NCBI GenBank assembly: GCA_013239625.1
Contig: MU053557.1
Span: 5,777,842 to 5,841,841, forward strand
Direction of reading: 5' to 3'
Origin: Lama guanicoe
Taxonomy: Eukaryota
Length of the DNA stretch: 64,000 nt
A program made the translations under genes and the position numbers. This document shows positions 10,716-23,959 of the stretch, piece by piece (position 1 is the stretch's first letter; each line of letters opens with the position of its first letter). The notes below the pieces were generated by a model that was not told the DNA's origin, ran no database searches, and saw only the letters and a program-made list of their open reading frames with translations.

Positions 10716-12902
10716 GAGCAAACCCACAGACAAGGCAGAGAAGCAATGTGGGACATGCTACTGAGGGTTAGAGTCTGGCGCTCCTCCTAGGCCCCCCTGG
10801 GGAACCCCTTTCTCCAGGAAAAGGCAGGGCTGGTGGGGTTTGAATGTGCAGACTACGCTTGGCAGAGCTCTGCGGGTTGGTAATAAATGGACAGGAAAGG
10901 AGATTCCATTACGCAGGAATGTCTGGGGAGGGGGTGGGGAAGGAGCCGGCTCCCCTCCCAGCACCAGCCAGCCCTGCAGCCTTGATTGATGTGCCTCGCA
11001 TCACAGCCGCCTCGGGGCCTGGCGGAAGGAGGCCCCTCCGCTGCTCACCCCTCCTGGAGCAAGGCCAGCAGCCAGATGTTCCTGGCCATTGGGGAGCTGG
11101 GATGGGGGTGGGGAAGGCCGGCAGTGGGCCGGGGGCAGCCACCCAGACGTCGAGCCTCTACCCCCTTCTCCTCGGCAGTTGGACTCAGGCGGCGTTGGTT
11201 CTGCTGTTGACCTCTGGCCAGTGGCCATGTCTCCATGGGACTTGACTGTGTTCAGAATTGGGGGGGGGGGGTCCTCCCCGACCTTCTCCTGCTCGGAGAG
11301 GCACATACCTGCCCAGGAAAGAGCTTTAAGCTCCAAAGAGGAAAATGTCCCAAGACCCTGCCCAAGGCTCTTGTGTTATCCTGGCCCGATCCACAGGGAA
11401 AGGTGTGACCAAGGACTGAGCCCTCTGTGGTGTGTGGAGATCCCGGGGAGGCCTCTGGATTTGTGATTTGGAAAGTGGGTCTGATGATAAGATAGACCCA
11501 AGGTCACCGCCTTGTGCTCCTCTCAACCCCATGATTGAAGCAAAGAGTTGCATGGCATCTTCCCTGGGTCTCCCAGTGATTTTCAGTACTAAACATATAA
11601 TACTTGGAGGAGAACAGGAAAATATATATACACAGGGAACAACAGAAAAAGAGAACATCACCCCAAGATTCACCACGTTCAATGATTAACGGTAACATGT
11701 TTGTGTCACTTCTTCTGTTATTTGCATTCTGGATCTATGAATATAAATATTTACACAGGCACATTTTTCCAAAAAGTGAGCTCACCGTATGCGTCCAGCT
11801 TTGTAACCTGCCTTCCTCCACTCAGCAGCACCCCGTGACCACCCGCCCGAGTCCAGGCCTGCAGATCCACGTCAGCCTTGCTGGTTGCCCTCCCATCCTA
11901 CAGCGGCCCCATGTTGGTTTCTGGGTGATTTCCAAAATCTTCATAGCTATAGACAAGGAGGTCCTGACTCTCTTTATACCTACACCTTTCTACACATGTG
12001 GATTATTTCCTTAGGATAAATTCCAAGAAGTCAAATCTGTCGGACAAGCGATCAAACGGTCTTCCTAAAAACCAGAACCAATTTCACTCACATGTGGAGG
12101 CTCTTGTTCCTCCAACTTGGATCCTATGCTTCACCCCGGACCCACCCTCCATGTCCACTGGGCGCCTCTTTGGAGGAAGGTGCCTGCCATGGCCAGCCAG
12201 GGTCTGCCCGTGGGCCCAGAAACACGTCCTTCCCCATTGTTCTCTAGAAAGCACCCAAGGGAGTCCCGCATGGGAGCTGAGGGGACCTGGGGTAAGTCCT
12301 GTCTGGTACTCACTTTGCCTATCTGCAAACTGGGGGAGCTGGTACCATTCTCTTCCAGCTCAGAGGCTCATTGAATGACAGCATCTGCTCTATAATCACG
12401 TCCGCTGGCAGGGACTTCTGTGACTCGGGTGAGGACTGTGGCAGCCACAAGGGCAGGACATCATCTCCTGAGCACCGACCCCAGGCCCAGGCCCGTGCAG
12501 TGATGCACCTGCTTACCCCCGACGGACGCGGAAGACCCGGCTAGGTGAGCCGCACGGCCTCAGGTGGGCTGTTGAGGAAGACTCAGCCGCGTCCTGCAGT
12601 TCTTGGGGCGAGGGCTATGTGACGATGCCATAGGAACTGGGACCTCTCAGAGAAGCACTGGACAAGGGGAATGGCCTTGAGGTGACCTCTCTCTCAAGGG
12701 TTCCTGGAACACCAAATCCTGTGAGCTGCGTGGAACTCACACGTTTCACCATATTCACATGCACACTCTCATTCAACATCAACCACTCCTGACAGCATTC
12801 CACCCTCTTTCCTCCACAAGTGTGCACGCACACACACGTGCACAGACACACACACACTGAGCCTATATTTTCACTGCTGCGCACGTACCTGACTGTATTA
12901 TG

Positions 12903-12939
<37 letters not shown>
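12903..12939. repeat. (ATA)n trinucleotide microsatellite, ~12 units
   Basis: Read directly; source of the spurious poly-Y and poly-I ORFs. Confidence 0.95.
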
Positions 12940-12942
<3 letters not shown>

Positions 12943-14094
12943 CTAATTTTACTACTACATTGATTGAGCATTTATTACACGCCAGGCACTGTCTGATCCT
13001 CCCTGTATCAGGCACCGTCACTGTCTCCATTGTACAGTTGAGGTGAATTCCTTGCCTGAGGTCACAGAGGTGGTAGGCAGAGGAATCCCGCCCTCGGCAC
13101 ACAGGGGCCCCTCCGCCCACCAGCCACACCCGGCCCGCTCCCGCTCCCTGCCTGCTGCCTTCCTGCCCAGGCTGCCGGTGGCTGGGTGCTGGCCATACAC
13201 ATCCCTGCACGCCTCACCCAACCCTTGGTACACAGAGAACAGACTCAGCTTGTCCAGATTCAGGCAGCTGGAGGCACAGTAAATCCAGGCTATAAACCAC
13301 CTCCTTGGCGTCTTGTGTAGACCCAGAGTTTTCCCCAGACCGCGCCTCTGGACTGGAAGGAGTGCCACCCCTCCAACCCCAGCCCTGAGTCCTTTACCTG
13401 CTCAGCTCACCCCCTCCGCTTCCTCCCTTGTCCCTTCCCCTCCCTCCCTCTGCTCCTCTTTCTCTCCTCCTTTGTCCTGTGGAGCCAACTTGAGGACCTG
13501 CTTCCTGTGTGCCTGGCACTGAGGTCGAGGCTGGGCTAGAGTGGGGAGGGGAGCCCGCAGGTCCCCATCCTCAAGGGACCAACAGCTCCACCAGGCATAT
13601 GAGACCCAGAGCACAGGCTGGCACAAAGCCACACAAGGAGTGAGCAACAGAGCCAGGCCAAATAGCTAAGTCTCCCCACGCCCAAGCGAGGGCTTTTATT
13701 TGGGGAGACACAGGAGAACTAAATTCAGAACTGCTTTCTGAACACGGGGCTCAGACACGGAACGCCGCGGGAGTTCAGAGCAGGCTCACTCGATCGTAGG
13801 TCCGGTGTATTGGGCGCAGGTACCTTTTATGCCTTCTCTTACTGGTTCCTCCTAAGAACTCACCAAGGTAGACATTATTATTACCGTCTTTCCCCGATTT
13901 TACAGACAAGGAAACCAAGGCTTAGGCTAGTCAGGACTCAAACCCAAGACTGATTCTCCAAAACTCCAGCTCACTCACCAGGCTGTGCTCACTGCCTTGG
14001 ATGAGGAAGGGACTGGGGTGCCCAACAGGTGAAGGCTTTGGCAAACTGGGATTTGAGCAGTCTTTTAAAAGGATGGGGGGAAGGATGGGAGGAG

Positions 14095-14551
14095 AGAGGG
14101 GAGCATGAGCATTCTACGAAGTGGCTGTGGCTTGAGCCGAAGGATGAAGGCGAAATGAATCTGTGAGTCCCAGCACCAGAGAGGGGACGGATCAACCTGA
14201 GGGGAGGTTTGTGGCTAAGGAGCCACGCAGGCTCTGGGCAACCCTCCTTTCTGGAAGAAGGGGCTGACAGTTAAGCCTGGCCCTGGTTCCCTGGTCTGGG
14301 GTGCTCTTGGGGACTCTGCCAAGGCCGGCCTTGGAGGAGCCACAGGAGGCCCCGAGCCGGGCAAAGGTCTCCCTGGCGTCACCAGCCAGGACCCATAGAG
14401 GGAGGAGCCAAGAGGCCCTTGGTGGCCATGCCATCCCTAGAGACAGACGCTGCTGGGTGGTGCAGGTACCAGGCTCTGAAGGTCCTCAGGACATCGGCAA
14501 CGAGCTCCCTGGCACAGGGCTGACTGCAGGCTGGGGTGCCAGGCAACAGAG
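14095..14551 (+). other. SYNPO: Candidate distal first exon of SYNPO (start approximate)
   Basis: Consensus donor GAG|GTAAGT at 14551/14552; TATA-like TTTTAAAA at 14063-14070; non-repetitive; its long open frame is splice-phase compatible with the SYNPO CDS. Confidence 0.5.
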
Positions 14552-14774
14552 GTAAGTGCCAGGCAGAGGCTGGAGATGGAGGAGGGAGAAGGGGAAACCA
14601 CCTCATCTCTGTCTAAGGCAGGGCAGCTGAGACCAGCACTGTGATGTGTTAAGGCCAAATCACAGAGGCTTGAATCAGTCTCACTGCAGAAGTGGTGAGT
14701 GACTCAGGCAGGAAACTCCCAAACCACAACCTGTAGGGCCACTTTCCTCCCAGATTTCCTATCTTCTAGTTAAT

Positions 14775-15330
14775 GCTTCTTCCTCTTTCAGGTCTTAGCT
14801 CAAGTGACACCTCCTCAGGGAAGCCCACCCTGATATCTGTGCCCAACCCCCACCACACACTGGAGGTGCAGCCAGATTCCTCTGGAATAGCACTCAGAGA
14901 TCTGGGGCTCCTCCTAGCACGGTGTGTAACTGCACTCTCATTTGTGTGATCATTTGATCGATATTGTGCACCTTCTTGCTGCAAGCTCTGAGAGGGCAGG
15001 AGATGCAGCCGTCATGTTCACTGGCGTATCCACAGGCCCCAACATATAGAAAAACCCAATAGATATTTGTTAAACAAATGGGTAGGTGGACGGGTAGATG
15101 TATGTATGGGTGTATATATGGACGGATGGATGGATGGATGGATGGGGGTAGATGTATGGTTGGGTGGGTGGGTGGATGGGTAGTTGGGTAGATAGGTGAG
15201 CAGAGGATGACTGTGTGGGAGGCTGGGTGGATGGCTGAGGGAAAGGACATGTGGACAAATGGGTGCTGGATGGGTACGGAGATGAATGGGTGGATGGACA
15301 GAAGCGTGAGTGGAAGGATGGTTGGGTGAA
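14775..15330 (+). mobile_element. L2 3' end followed by an expanded (TGGA/TGGG)n simple repeat
   Basis: TCTTAGCTCAAGTGACACCTCCTCAGGGAAGCC..., ATGTTCACTG.CGTATCC.CAG..., AGATATTTGTTAAACAAATG, then GGAT-rich repeat at ~15080-15330. Confidence 0.75.
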
Positions 15331-17814
15331 ACTGGGAAATATTAGATTGTTAGAATGTTAATAATCATGAAACTCTAGATTGCTAAAGTCAGACACTTAA
15401 AATATTTTTTATCGTTAAACAGCTCAGCATCGTAATTAGATGGGGAAATTATAGAGCTCGTATCCCTTTTATAAGAGATGAACAGACAGCTTAAAAAGAT
15501 GGGGCAGATTTTTCCAAGCTCACACAGCAAACCTGATGACCCCAAATCCCTGTTTTCTAAACTTTGTACAAAACAACCTCTAGAAAAGGGGGTCAAAATC
15601 CCTTGTTCCAATGCTCTCTCTTCTGTGGCTTAGGCATGACCTGGGGCCTCCGTTTCCTCTTTAAAAGTCTAATCTTAGGGGTGCATTCTTGGGAAGGCCC
15701 GCCTCACTGGGTTTTGTCAGGCCTGGTACAGACCCTCCCTGTGCCTTCCTCAAAGCCCAGTGGAGCTGTCAGGGTGGACTCCGAGACCCTGCGGGTAGGG
15801 TGTGAGGCCCCAGGTCTGGAGTCGGGAGATCAGCCTCCATCTCCCCCTTGTGCCAGCCTGGCCGCCATCCAGCTGATTTTCTGCTTTCAGGGGCACTGCA
15901 GGTGGGCTGCAGGTTGGAGGGCCTCTCAGGGAGTTTCTGGCTCCACACATCCTGCCTGGGACTTTCTCACCTACTCGGACACCAGTACCCTCTGCCCCTG
16001 AAGCTGGGGGGGAATGCGTTTCATGGAGAGGAGCTGCCCTAGGGTCGGCCTGGGGCTGCCTGGTCCAGCCCCAGGGGAAGGGGATCCACATGTCAGCGAG
16101 GAAGGGGACTTCGCGGCAGCCCCAGAACAAAGAGGGTCTTAAGTGGACTCAGATGCCCCAGACATAAGACTGGGGGGGTCAGAAGAGGAGGGGATCTCAT
16201 CTCGTGTGCGTGTGTGTGTGGGAGGGGGTGTGACTGAAAGAGAGAGAGAGGAGGCAGCCCACGGCCCTGGGCAGAGGTGTGGGGTGGGGTGTGGTTGCAG
16301 GAAGGGGCAGAGGAGAGAAGAGGAGGCTGGGGTGGCAGCCATAGGGATTCCTGGGGCCATTACATCAGGTTGAGGCCTTTGGACTTTATCCTCTAGAGTA
16401 AGGAATCTTTTTTTTTTTTTAAGGCTTTCACATTTTTTTCAACACTGAAATAATTCATGTTATACACTCATTGTAAAAAAAAAAATAGCAAGCAATACAA
16501 CTCATTGCTCAGTGAAGAATAAATTTCTCTTCTCCCCAACCAGTTCCCTCCCCAGAAGGCGCCCTTATAGCCAGGTTTTTGCATCCTTGAACAGTCTCCC
16601 TCTCCTTTTTACACAGTGGAAGCCTATCCTCCACACCATTCTATTGGGTTGTGTGCTCTACAGATCATTTCTTAGCATGGATCTTGCTGCCAGGTGTCGT
16701 CTGGCCACGTGGACACTCTGCACTGCATTACCTAGTCCCTCCGGATGAACATTTTTTTCTAGCCTTTTGCTTCCACAAACAGTCCTGCATGGGCTGGTAC
16801 ATGCCAGATAAATTCCTAGCCGTAGTGCCACTGGGTCAAAGGAATATATACATGCGACATTCAGCAGACACTCCCAGTCTGTCCCCTTGGCAGGTTTTGA
16901 GCAGGGGAATGATGGGCTCCTCGGTCTGGTCAGTTGCTCCTGATGCATTTGGCAAGGGTGGAAAGAGCAAGGTATTGGATTATGAGCCCCACAGTCTTGA
17001 GATCTGAGATGGGCGAGAGGATCTTCAAGTTTGAGTTCACTTGGAGCGCCTGTGGGCTCCCAGATCTGTGCTCTCCACGGTGCCTTCCGGAGCCTGAGAA
17101 AGAGGGGCCCCAGATGACACGTTCCTTTGCTGTGGGGAGAGGCCTCCAGCCCCGAGGCAGTGCACAGAACTCGTATCCCCCGGGGGTGGCTGCAAATAGC
17201 CTAGTGGGGAGAGGACAGGCTGCCGGCAGCTGTGAGGGGCGTGAGTTCAGCCAAAGCCCGTGCAGAGGGCTGCCAAGAGTTTTTTCTTCTCATTTTTCCA
17301 AGTCCTGCACTTTGGGCTGGGCACAGTGTCATCCTCATGTTTCCTATTACTTTACAAGGCTCTGCATCAAAGCGCCAGCGGTGTAGGCCCTTTGATGTCT
17401 GGGCCGAGCCTGCCTCTGCCTTTGGGAGAAGCATCTTTGCTGAGGATCAAGAGGGGAGTCAAGCCGAGATGGTCCCCAGGCCTTTCCTGGCCAATGTGCT
17501 CCCCTGGCTCCACTCCCGCTGGGACTGAAGGCTCCTGAAGGAGGGTGGAGGGACCAGCACAGCCTGACCAAGTCCCCTGTGATCAAGCCCAGAGGGGACA
17601 GAGAGGCCCAGAGAGGGCAGGGGGCTACCCCAGGCCACACAGCAATTTGGTGAAGCGCTCTCTCACAGGAGGTAAACAGATGCTGGTAGAGCCGGTGGAC
17701 AGGATTTCGACTGGATCAGTGGAGCCTGGTGCCCGTGGTTATTGGTCTCTGTTTCCCACTTGCTTCCTAGAAACTTTCTGGGACTAACATCCTGCAGCTG
17801 AAGGAGGTGGTTCA

Positions 17815-18020
17815 GTGAAGGTGTCTGCGGTCATCCTGCCTCGGTTCAAATTCTGGGCTTATCCCTTTTAGCTGTGTGACCTTGGTCAAGTTACTTAACA
17901 CCTCTGCGCTTCAACTTTCTCCTCCTCATTAAAAGGATAATGACAGTTCCTTCCTCAGAGGGTCTTGGCGAGGGTGAAATGAGAAGATTCATGGAAGTAC
18001 TTAGCACAGGGCCTGATAGA
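17815..18020 (+). mobile_element. MIR SINE
   Basis: AGCTGTGTGACCTTGGTCAAGTTACTTAACACCTCTG..., AAATGAGA..AAGTACTTAGCACAGGGCCTGA. Confidence 0.8.
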
Positions 18021-18789
18021 GTCTCAAAAAGAATAGTTTTTATCACTTGCTGCTGCTGATAAAACGATTGGGGGAGGGCTTCCTAAGGAGAGGGGTAGAC
18101 CAGCGTGAAGTGGACTTGCTAGTACAGTCCCCCATTGCTGCAATCCAGGGAGTTAGGTCCTTCTCTGCTCCTCTCCCAGCTCCCCACCTCCGATTCCAAG
18201 GCTCTTTTCTAGCCTCAACTGGGGATGCAGGGGACATATGGGGAGGGGGTGCCAGGCTTCGGACAGGGGCACTGATGGGGTCCGGGCTGGAAGGCCAGTG
18301 AGATGGGGGAGGGTTGTCTGGGAGGACGTGGCCCAGCAGCCCTGGCTCCCGGAGGCAGCCAGAGTGGGAAAGGAGGGGTGGTTTCCTGGCAAAGCTGAAA
18401 AGGTTTGGATTTGACTTGGAAACACATTGAGAAGTCCCTGGCGGCTGCCCCCTCAGAAACAGCCTCTCTGAAGTTAAGCCGGGGCTGGGGAGGCTGTTTT
18501 GTATAAAGGGGCTCAGGGGACCTCAGGGATGGAGGATGGGCTGAAACCTCTCCCCCAGAGTTGCAACACACACAGCTGCGGAGTCTCTGCGCTTCCCAAG
18601 GGCCTGCCTGGGGATGGGAGAATTCCGCCATCAAGAAGGTGCCCTGTGCCAACAGGGGACCCAGGACCAAGATGGGGAGGGAGGGACCTTGCCCCTCAGA
18701 GCTCACGATGGGGAAGACTCACCCCTTGACTTATCCCGTGGGTGCTGGTTTTTGGTCATATCTGTGTTTAGCCTATGATTTTGCTTTAA

Positions 18790-19350
18790 ATTGACTCACT
18801 TTTTAAAACTTGAATATATTTCTTTAAAAAAGAACTTTATATTTGCTGCTGTAAATAGAAGACTTGTATCACTCCCCATACAGAGTCACCATATAAATAA
18901 AGTACAATAAACAATGTTGTTAAATTCTAGCTAGAGCCCGATACTTGCTCTCTCTTTGATTTTTTTTTAAAGAGATTAGCAAGTATGAGAGCTGTTGTTA
19001 AAGTCAGGCTAACACCCAGCAAAGACTTTCTCCTTGCTTAGAGCTGCCAGACAGAATGCAAGATGCCCAGTTAAATTTAAACTTCAGATAAACAATGACT
19101 AATATTTTAGTATAAATATGTCCTATATTGCATAGGTCATACTTAGACTGAAAAATAATTAATTTGTTGTTTAACTGAAATTCAGATTTAACTGGGCATC
19201 CTATATTTTTATTTACTAAATCTGGCAATCCTATCCTTGATAAACGAAAGACAGTTTTTAAGAGAAGAACTTTCTCACTGCTAAGAGATTATATGTTTGC
19301 ATGCGCTGTCCCTGTGCCACCAAAAATAATCTTGAGAAAAGCTGTTCTGA
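18790..19350. mobile_element. Ancient hAT/Charlie-like DNA transposon remnant, interrupted by MER53
   Basis: AT-rich island with TTAAATTCTAGCTAGA, GAGATTAGCAAGT, GACTTTCTCCTTG and AACTTTCTCACTG that continue across the MER53 insertion; family recalled, not verified. Confidence 0.4.
19039..19233. mobile_element. MER53 palindromic hAT MITE, full length
   Basis: TIRs TAGAGCTGCCAGA...TCTGGCAATCCTA; internal arms GATGCCCAGTTAAAT / ATTTAACTGGGCATC; 8-bp TSD TCCTTGCT (19031-38) / TCCTTGAT (19234-41). Confidence 0.9.
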
Positions 19351-22300
19351 TTCAAGGTGGAATCAGAGCAACAAAACCCACCAGTGTGGGAATTTTGAAG
19401 AGCATTGTGGTCGGGACTGAAAGGCTCCCCGGAGGAGAGGGAGGCACTGGGGCTGGAGTCTGCTGGCCAGGCCTGCGAGTGCAGGGGAGCAGTCCTGGAA
19501 TTCTGAGCACCCTCCCCCCCTCAACCCCCATCAGCCCCGGGCTTGACAGACAGAGGACACTCCTCATGGCTGAAGTCTCGGCTCTGCTCTCAGAGGACAG
19601 AGGGGCTTGTGTTGGCGTGACTGTGGCTTGCGAGTCTGAGTGATTATGTGTGTTTGCCCAAATCACACCCTCTCAGGACACAAAGGGGCCTTTGAGTGCC
19701 TCCCCTCTAGTACCACCAACAGCCCCTGCCCGCCATATGTGGGAATCTAAAACCTGCTAGCATTCTCCAGTGATGGGGTGCTCACTACCTCCTAAGAAAT
19801 CTTTCATTGGTGGGTAGCATTGATTCTGAGCAAGCCCTTCCTGAGCCTGAACAGAAGTCTGCCTTCCTGTAGCATGTCTGTAGATTCACTCTGGCCTTCT
19901 GAATGAAGTGTTCCCCTCTGCCCTGCAACAGGGCTTCAGAGATGCATCTTCTATGATGGTGGCCCACTGGAGTCTAAATAGACCCATTTCTTTGAACTGC
20001 TCCCCTTGCTTGGTTTCTGGCTTCCTCATTTGCAGGCAGATGGGCTTAGGGCCTGGGACTGGGGACATTGCCTGGGTAGCTCTGACTTGTGCACAGGCAG
20101 GGAACAGAGAAGAGGCTGTCTGCAGGGAAAGATGCGAGCCGGGGGCGAGGACACATGGGGTAGGGAGGGAAGCTCCTTTCTTGCAGATGCTCAGCCTGCG
20201 GGAGCCCTGGGCGCTGCTCCCTGTTCAGTCTCTAATTTGCTGTGTGGCTTCAGACAAGTCCCCTCTCCTTTCGGGGCTTAGCTCTCTGCTTTACACACTG
20301 TGAACAGCTTGGCTTGTTCTTATAGGCGAAAACATCTGTGCCTGTTCTGACAGATTGGTGCTGTGCTGGCCTGGAGTTCTGCGATGAGAAGGATTCTGAG
20401 GCGGTGTCTGGGTTTGGTGAAAAAACAGGCCACGTATGGGCGGGGGGATAGACGTCCTGGAGTCGCTTGCGGCTAGTTGTGGTTTGAGGGGGCTGCCGGC
20501 TCTGGCAGTGCCTGGCTCTGGAATGACAAAGCCTGACAAAATGAGGTGATCCGTGAACCCAGATAGGGGACAGGGGCTGTCCCTGCTGGGAAGAGGGAGG
20601 TACCATGCATGGTTATGCTGGCCTTGGCCTGTCTTTCTCCAGCCTGCAGACTATCACACGTGTGTTAGCCCACGCCCTGCCACCCAGAGGGCCAGAGGAC
20701 AGAGGTGCTCTGTGGAATCCTGTGACCCGGCCAAGACTCACGGCTTGAGGGCGATGTGGAAGGTGGCAGGGGAGGCTGGCTGGGTGGGACGGGGGCTGGG
20801 GGAGTGCAGATGGGGCTTCTCTGCCAGGGGGCAGGTCTTTAGGAAACAAAAACACGAGTCAGAGCTGGGCCTTGGTTTCTACACAAAGGGGCTTTCTCCC
20901 CATCCCTGCCCTGCAGGGCCAGAAGGCTGGAAGAGGGTAAGTCCAGACTGAGGATCTCAGAGAGACTCCCACTGGATATGCGAGCTGGTAGAACCTCCAC
21001 GAATCAACAAGTCCCCCCTACAGCCTACGGACAGGGCTTCCTGACAGCTGGCATCTCTTACTTTTGAAGATGGTCAAAGAAGGGGGTCCAGCCATCTCCC
21101 TGGCTCTCTCCTTTTGCCCCTGGTTCTGTTGCCATCTCACTGTGTGACCATCATCAAATTCCTTCCCATCTCTCCGGGCCTCAGTTTCCCCACCTGTATG
21201 AGAAAGGACTAGGATAGATGGCCTCTAAAAGCCCTGCCAGGTCTCACATTTACAGACTCCAAGTTCTCAGTGGTGGTGATGAGCTCCTACGGTTTAGAGA
21301 TCACTAACCTATTTCTTACTTAGTCTATCTCTCAACAACCTGCTGGTTAGTGAGGTGGGCATGGTGAGTGCTACCCCCCAGTTTTGTTAGGTGACAAAAC
21401 TGAAGCTCAGAGACGGGAAGAGGGTCTTCCAAGTTCTCACAGCTGAGCAGGGCTCCCACAGCTGTGTCCAGACCTCCGTCCACTGTACCGCTGGTCTGTA
21501 CCCTCCCAGAGTGTGGGGGATGCAGGGCATGGGTCAGAATGGGCACAATTCCTTCACTTGCCTATTTTCCATGTGGACTTCCCTGTAGCAAGTATTCTGA
21601 GGAAAAAGATATTTGTGCTGAGAAAAAATTGAAAGCCTGTACTCTTCCAGGGCTGCTCAGGAGGGAGTGGGAAAGGAGCCGCTTCTCAGCTGAGCAAGCT
21701 CTGGGCTGGGTAGCTTTACCTGGGGTTTACACAAGAGCTTCATGCGTCTAATGGAAATGAAGGGGATTTGCACGGTTTTTAGTGCGCGATGGCCTTTGGG
21801 TGGGTATCGGAAATCTTTACAACACAGAGAACCACAAGGTAAGAAAATGGCAATATTGCCAAATGTTAATGCTGGAAGGATCTTTAGAAACCATCTGGCT
21901 CATGCATCCCTCACTGCCCTTTACTGAGGGGACACTGAGGCCCAGAGAGGGCAAGGGGTTTGGCCCAGGTCACACAGCAGCAGCCACAGGGACCGGACCA
22001 GGTACTTGGGTATCCTAGCTTCGCAGATATTTTCAGCACGTACCACCTTCTGGGGGAGGCAACAGAGTAGAGGGACAGGGGATGGGGAAGAAACAGAGGG
22101 GGCTGCAGGCCTGAGGACAGTCAGACAGGAGGTATGTGGGGCCCCACTGCCTGCTGATAAGAGACCCACAATGCCATTCCAAAGGGATATTTTATCAAGA
22201 TGTAATTCTTCTCGCCGCAGACACTGTTTTCTTTCTCGTGCAGACCATGCTGGCCTTCGAGATAAGGCGCCCAGACATGTTCACACTAAGGCAGCCAAAA

Positions 22301-23911
22301 CATGAGGCAGAAGGAAAAAAAATTCCCTTCTCAATCTCCCCCCACCTAGCCAGCTCCCCCCTCATTTCCTCTCATTCTCTCCCAGTTCTCCTGCCCCCCC
22401 CATCCCCATCCCCAGCCAGGAAGGTATGTGGCCCAGAGGAGGTCAAAGGAGAGGACTGTGGAGGGGCCTCCCCTGGGAAAAGAGGCCCAGGCCACAGACT
22501 CCCCAACAACGTGCAGGGGTGGGTGGTGAGGGGGGGCTTCCCCTGGAGGCTTCTCCCCCAGTCCTTGCAGATGGAACACAGAGCTCTCTCTGGTTTGGGG
22601 GTTTAAGCTGGAGGTGATTAGAGCTTCTCCCATCTGCAGATTCCCTACCCACTGACCCCTACTTCTGACCTCCCAATTCAAGAGCTGATGGGAACTTCTA
22701 GGGAAGGGGCTACCCTACCTCTTTCCATTAAAACCCCCCATACTTAGCTCTGGCCAGATAGGAGATCTGGGACCACCAGTCACTGTCGACCAATCCCTTC
22801 TTCTCTCTAAGCTCTCCAGGCCTCAGTTTCCCCATCTGCCCCTAAAGGGGGTTGGACTCAGAGGTTCTGGTCCTAAAATTCTACTTCTGGCGTTTTCAGA
22901 AGACGATGTTCTATCCCAGACCTCCTAGGCGCCTGGCAGGTTGGCTTCATGGCCCACATGTATCAGTACCCCGCCCCTGCTCTGCTCAGGAAGTCCACCC
23001 CGCCCTCCACATCTGGATGGAATTTACCCCCCAAAGCAACTCAATTACCGGTGATCTGATCAGGACGGCTCATGTGTCAGAGGGGGCCCTGGTGAATGTT
23101 GCTCTGCCAGAGATGAGGGGTCCTGGGCCTGTGGTCCACCCCTCTCACAGCCCCAGGTTGGGGAGGGGGCATCCTTTGGCCCCTGAGGAGACAGGATCTG
23201 GTGAACAGTGTCCTGCTGACCAGGGGACTGAGAATGGGTTGCCACTTCCTGCTCTGTCCCAGGCTCCCTGTTTATTCAAGACTTGAATCAGTGCATAGAG
23301 GCTAGAGGGTAAAGGAAGATGATGTATAACTTTTATACCCATTGGTCCTGCCAAGGACCCAGTTACTGAGGGTGGTGACCCTCATGACTTCTCTTTACAA
23401 ATCTGATCCCAAGCAGAGGAGCCTGGAAGGTAAAGGCTGGTGCTCACCTGCAAGGCTGTGATAGGACTTGGGAACCGAATGCTGTGTCTTGGTGTGCGTG
23501 CCTTGGGAAACGAAGATAATCCCTGCTTGCTGTCTTTCTGTGGCTTCTGCTAAATTGGTGAGTGGGGGGCCGTGGGCTTTGGGGTTTCCTATTGTTTCAA
23601 TCCTGCATTTAACACCCCTTACTCTGAGCTCACTGCTCAAAAACTGTTTTCCTAGACACGGAGCCTCCCCATTCCTCACCGTCCACATACATAGGCGGGT
23701 CACTGAGCCCTCCTGTGCTCTGGGGTCTAGTGCACTGTGGCCATCAATATAGTGACCTCCTGGGAGTGGGGACCACCGGATTGCCAAAGGAGGGTGACCA
23801 GGCCGGGGCTGAAAACACACTGGGTCAAAACCCTCACCCTCCTCAGCAGCAGGATCATATGTGAGTGCCCACCGCCCTCCGACACCACTGTCACGGCTGG
23901 GCAGAGCTCAG

Positions 23912-23959
23912 CGAAGGGACAGCATACAGCTGCTCGTGGCTGCTGGAGTCCAAGAAGCA
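23912..23959 (+). repeat. 48-bp dispersed direct repeat, copy 1
   Basis: 45/48 identical to 25027-25074; first 29 bp identical (CGAAGGGACAGCATACAGCTGCTCGTGGC). Confidence 0.95.
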
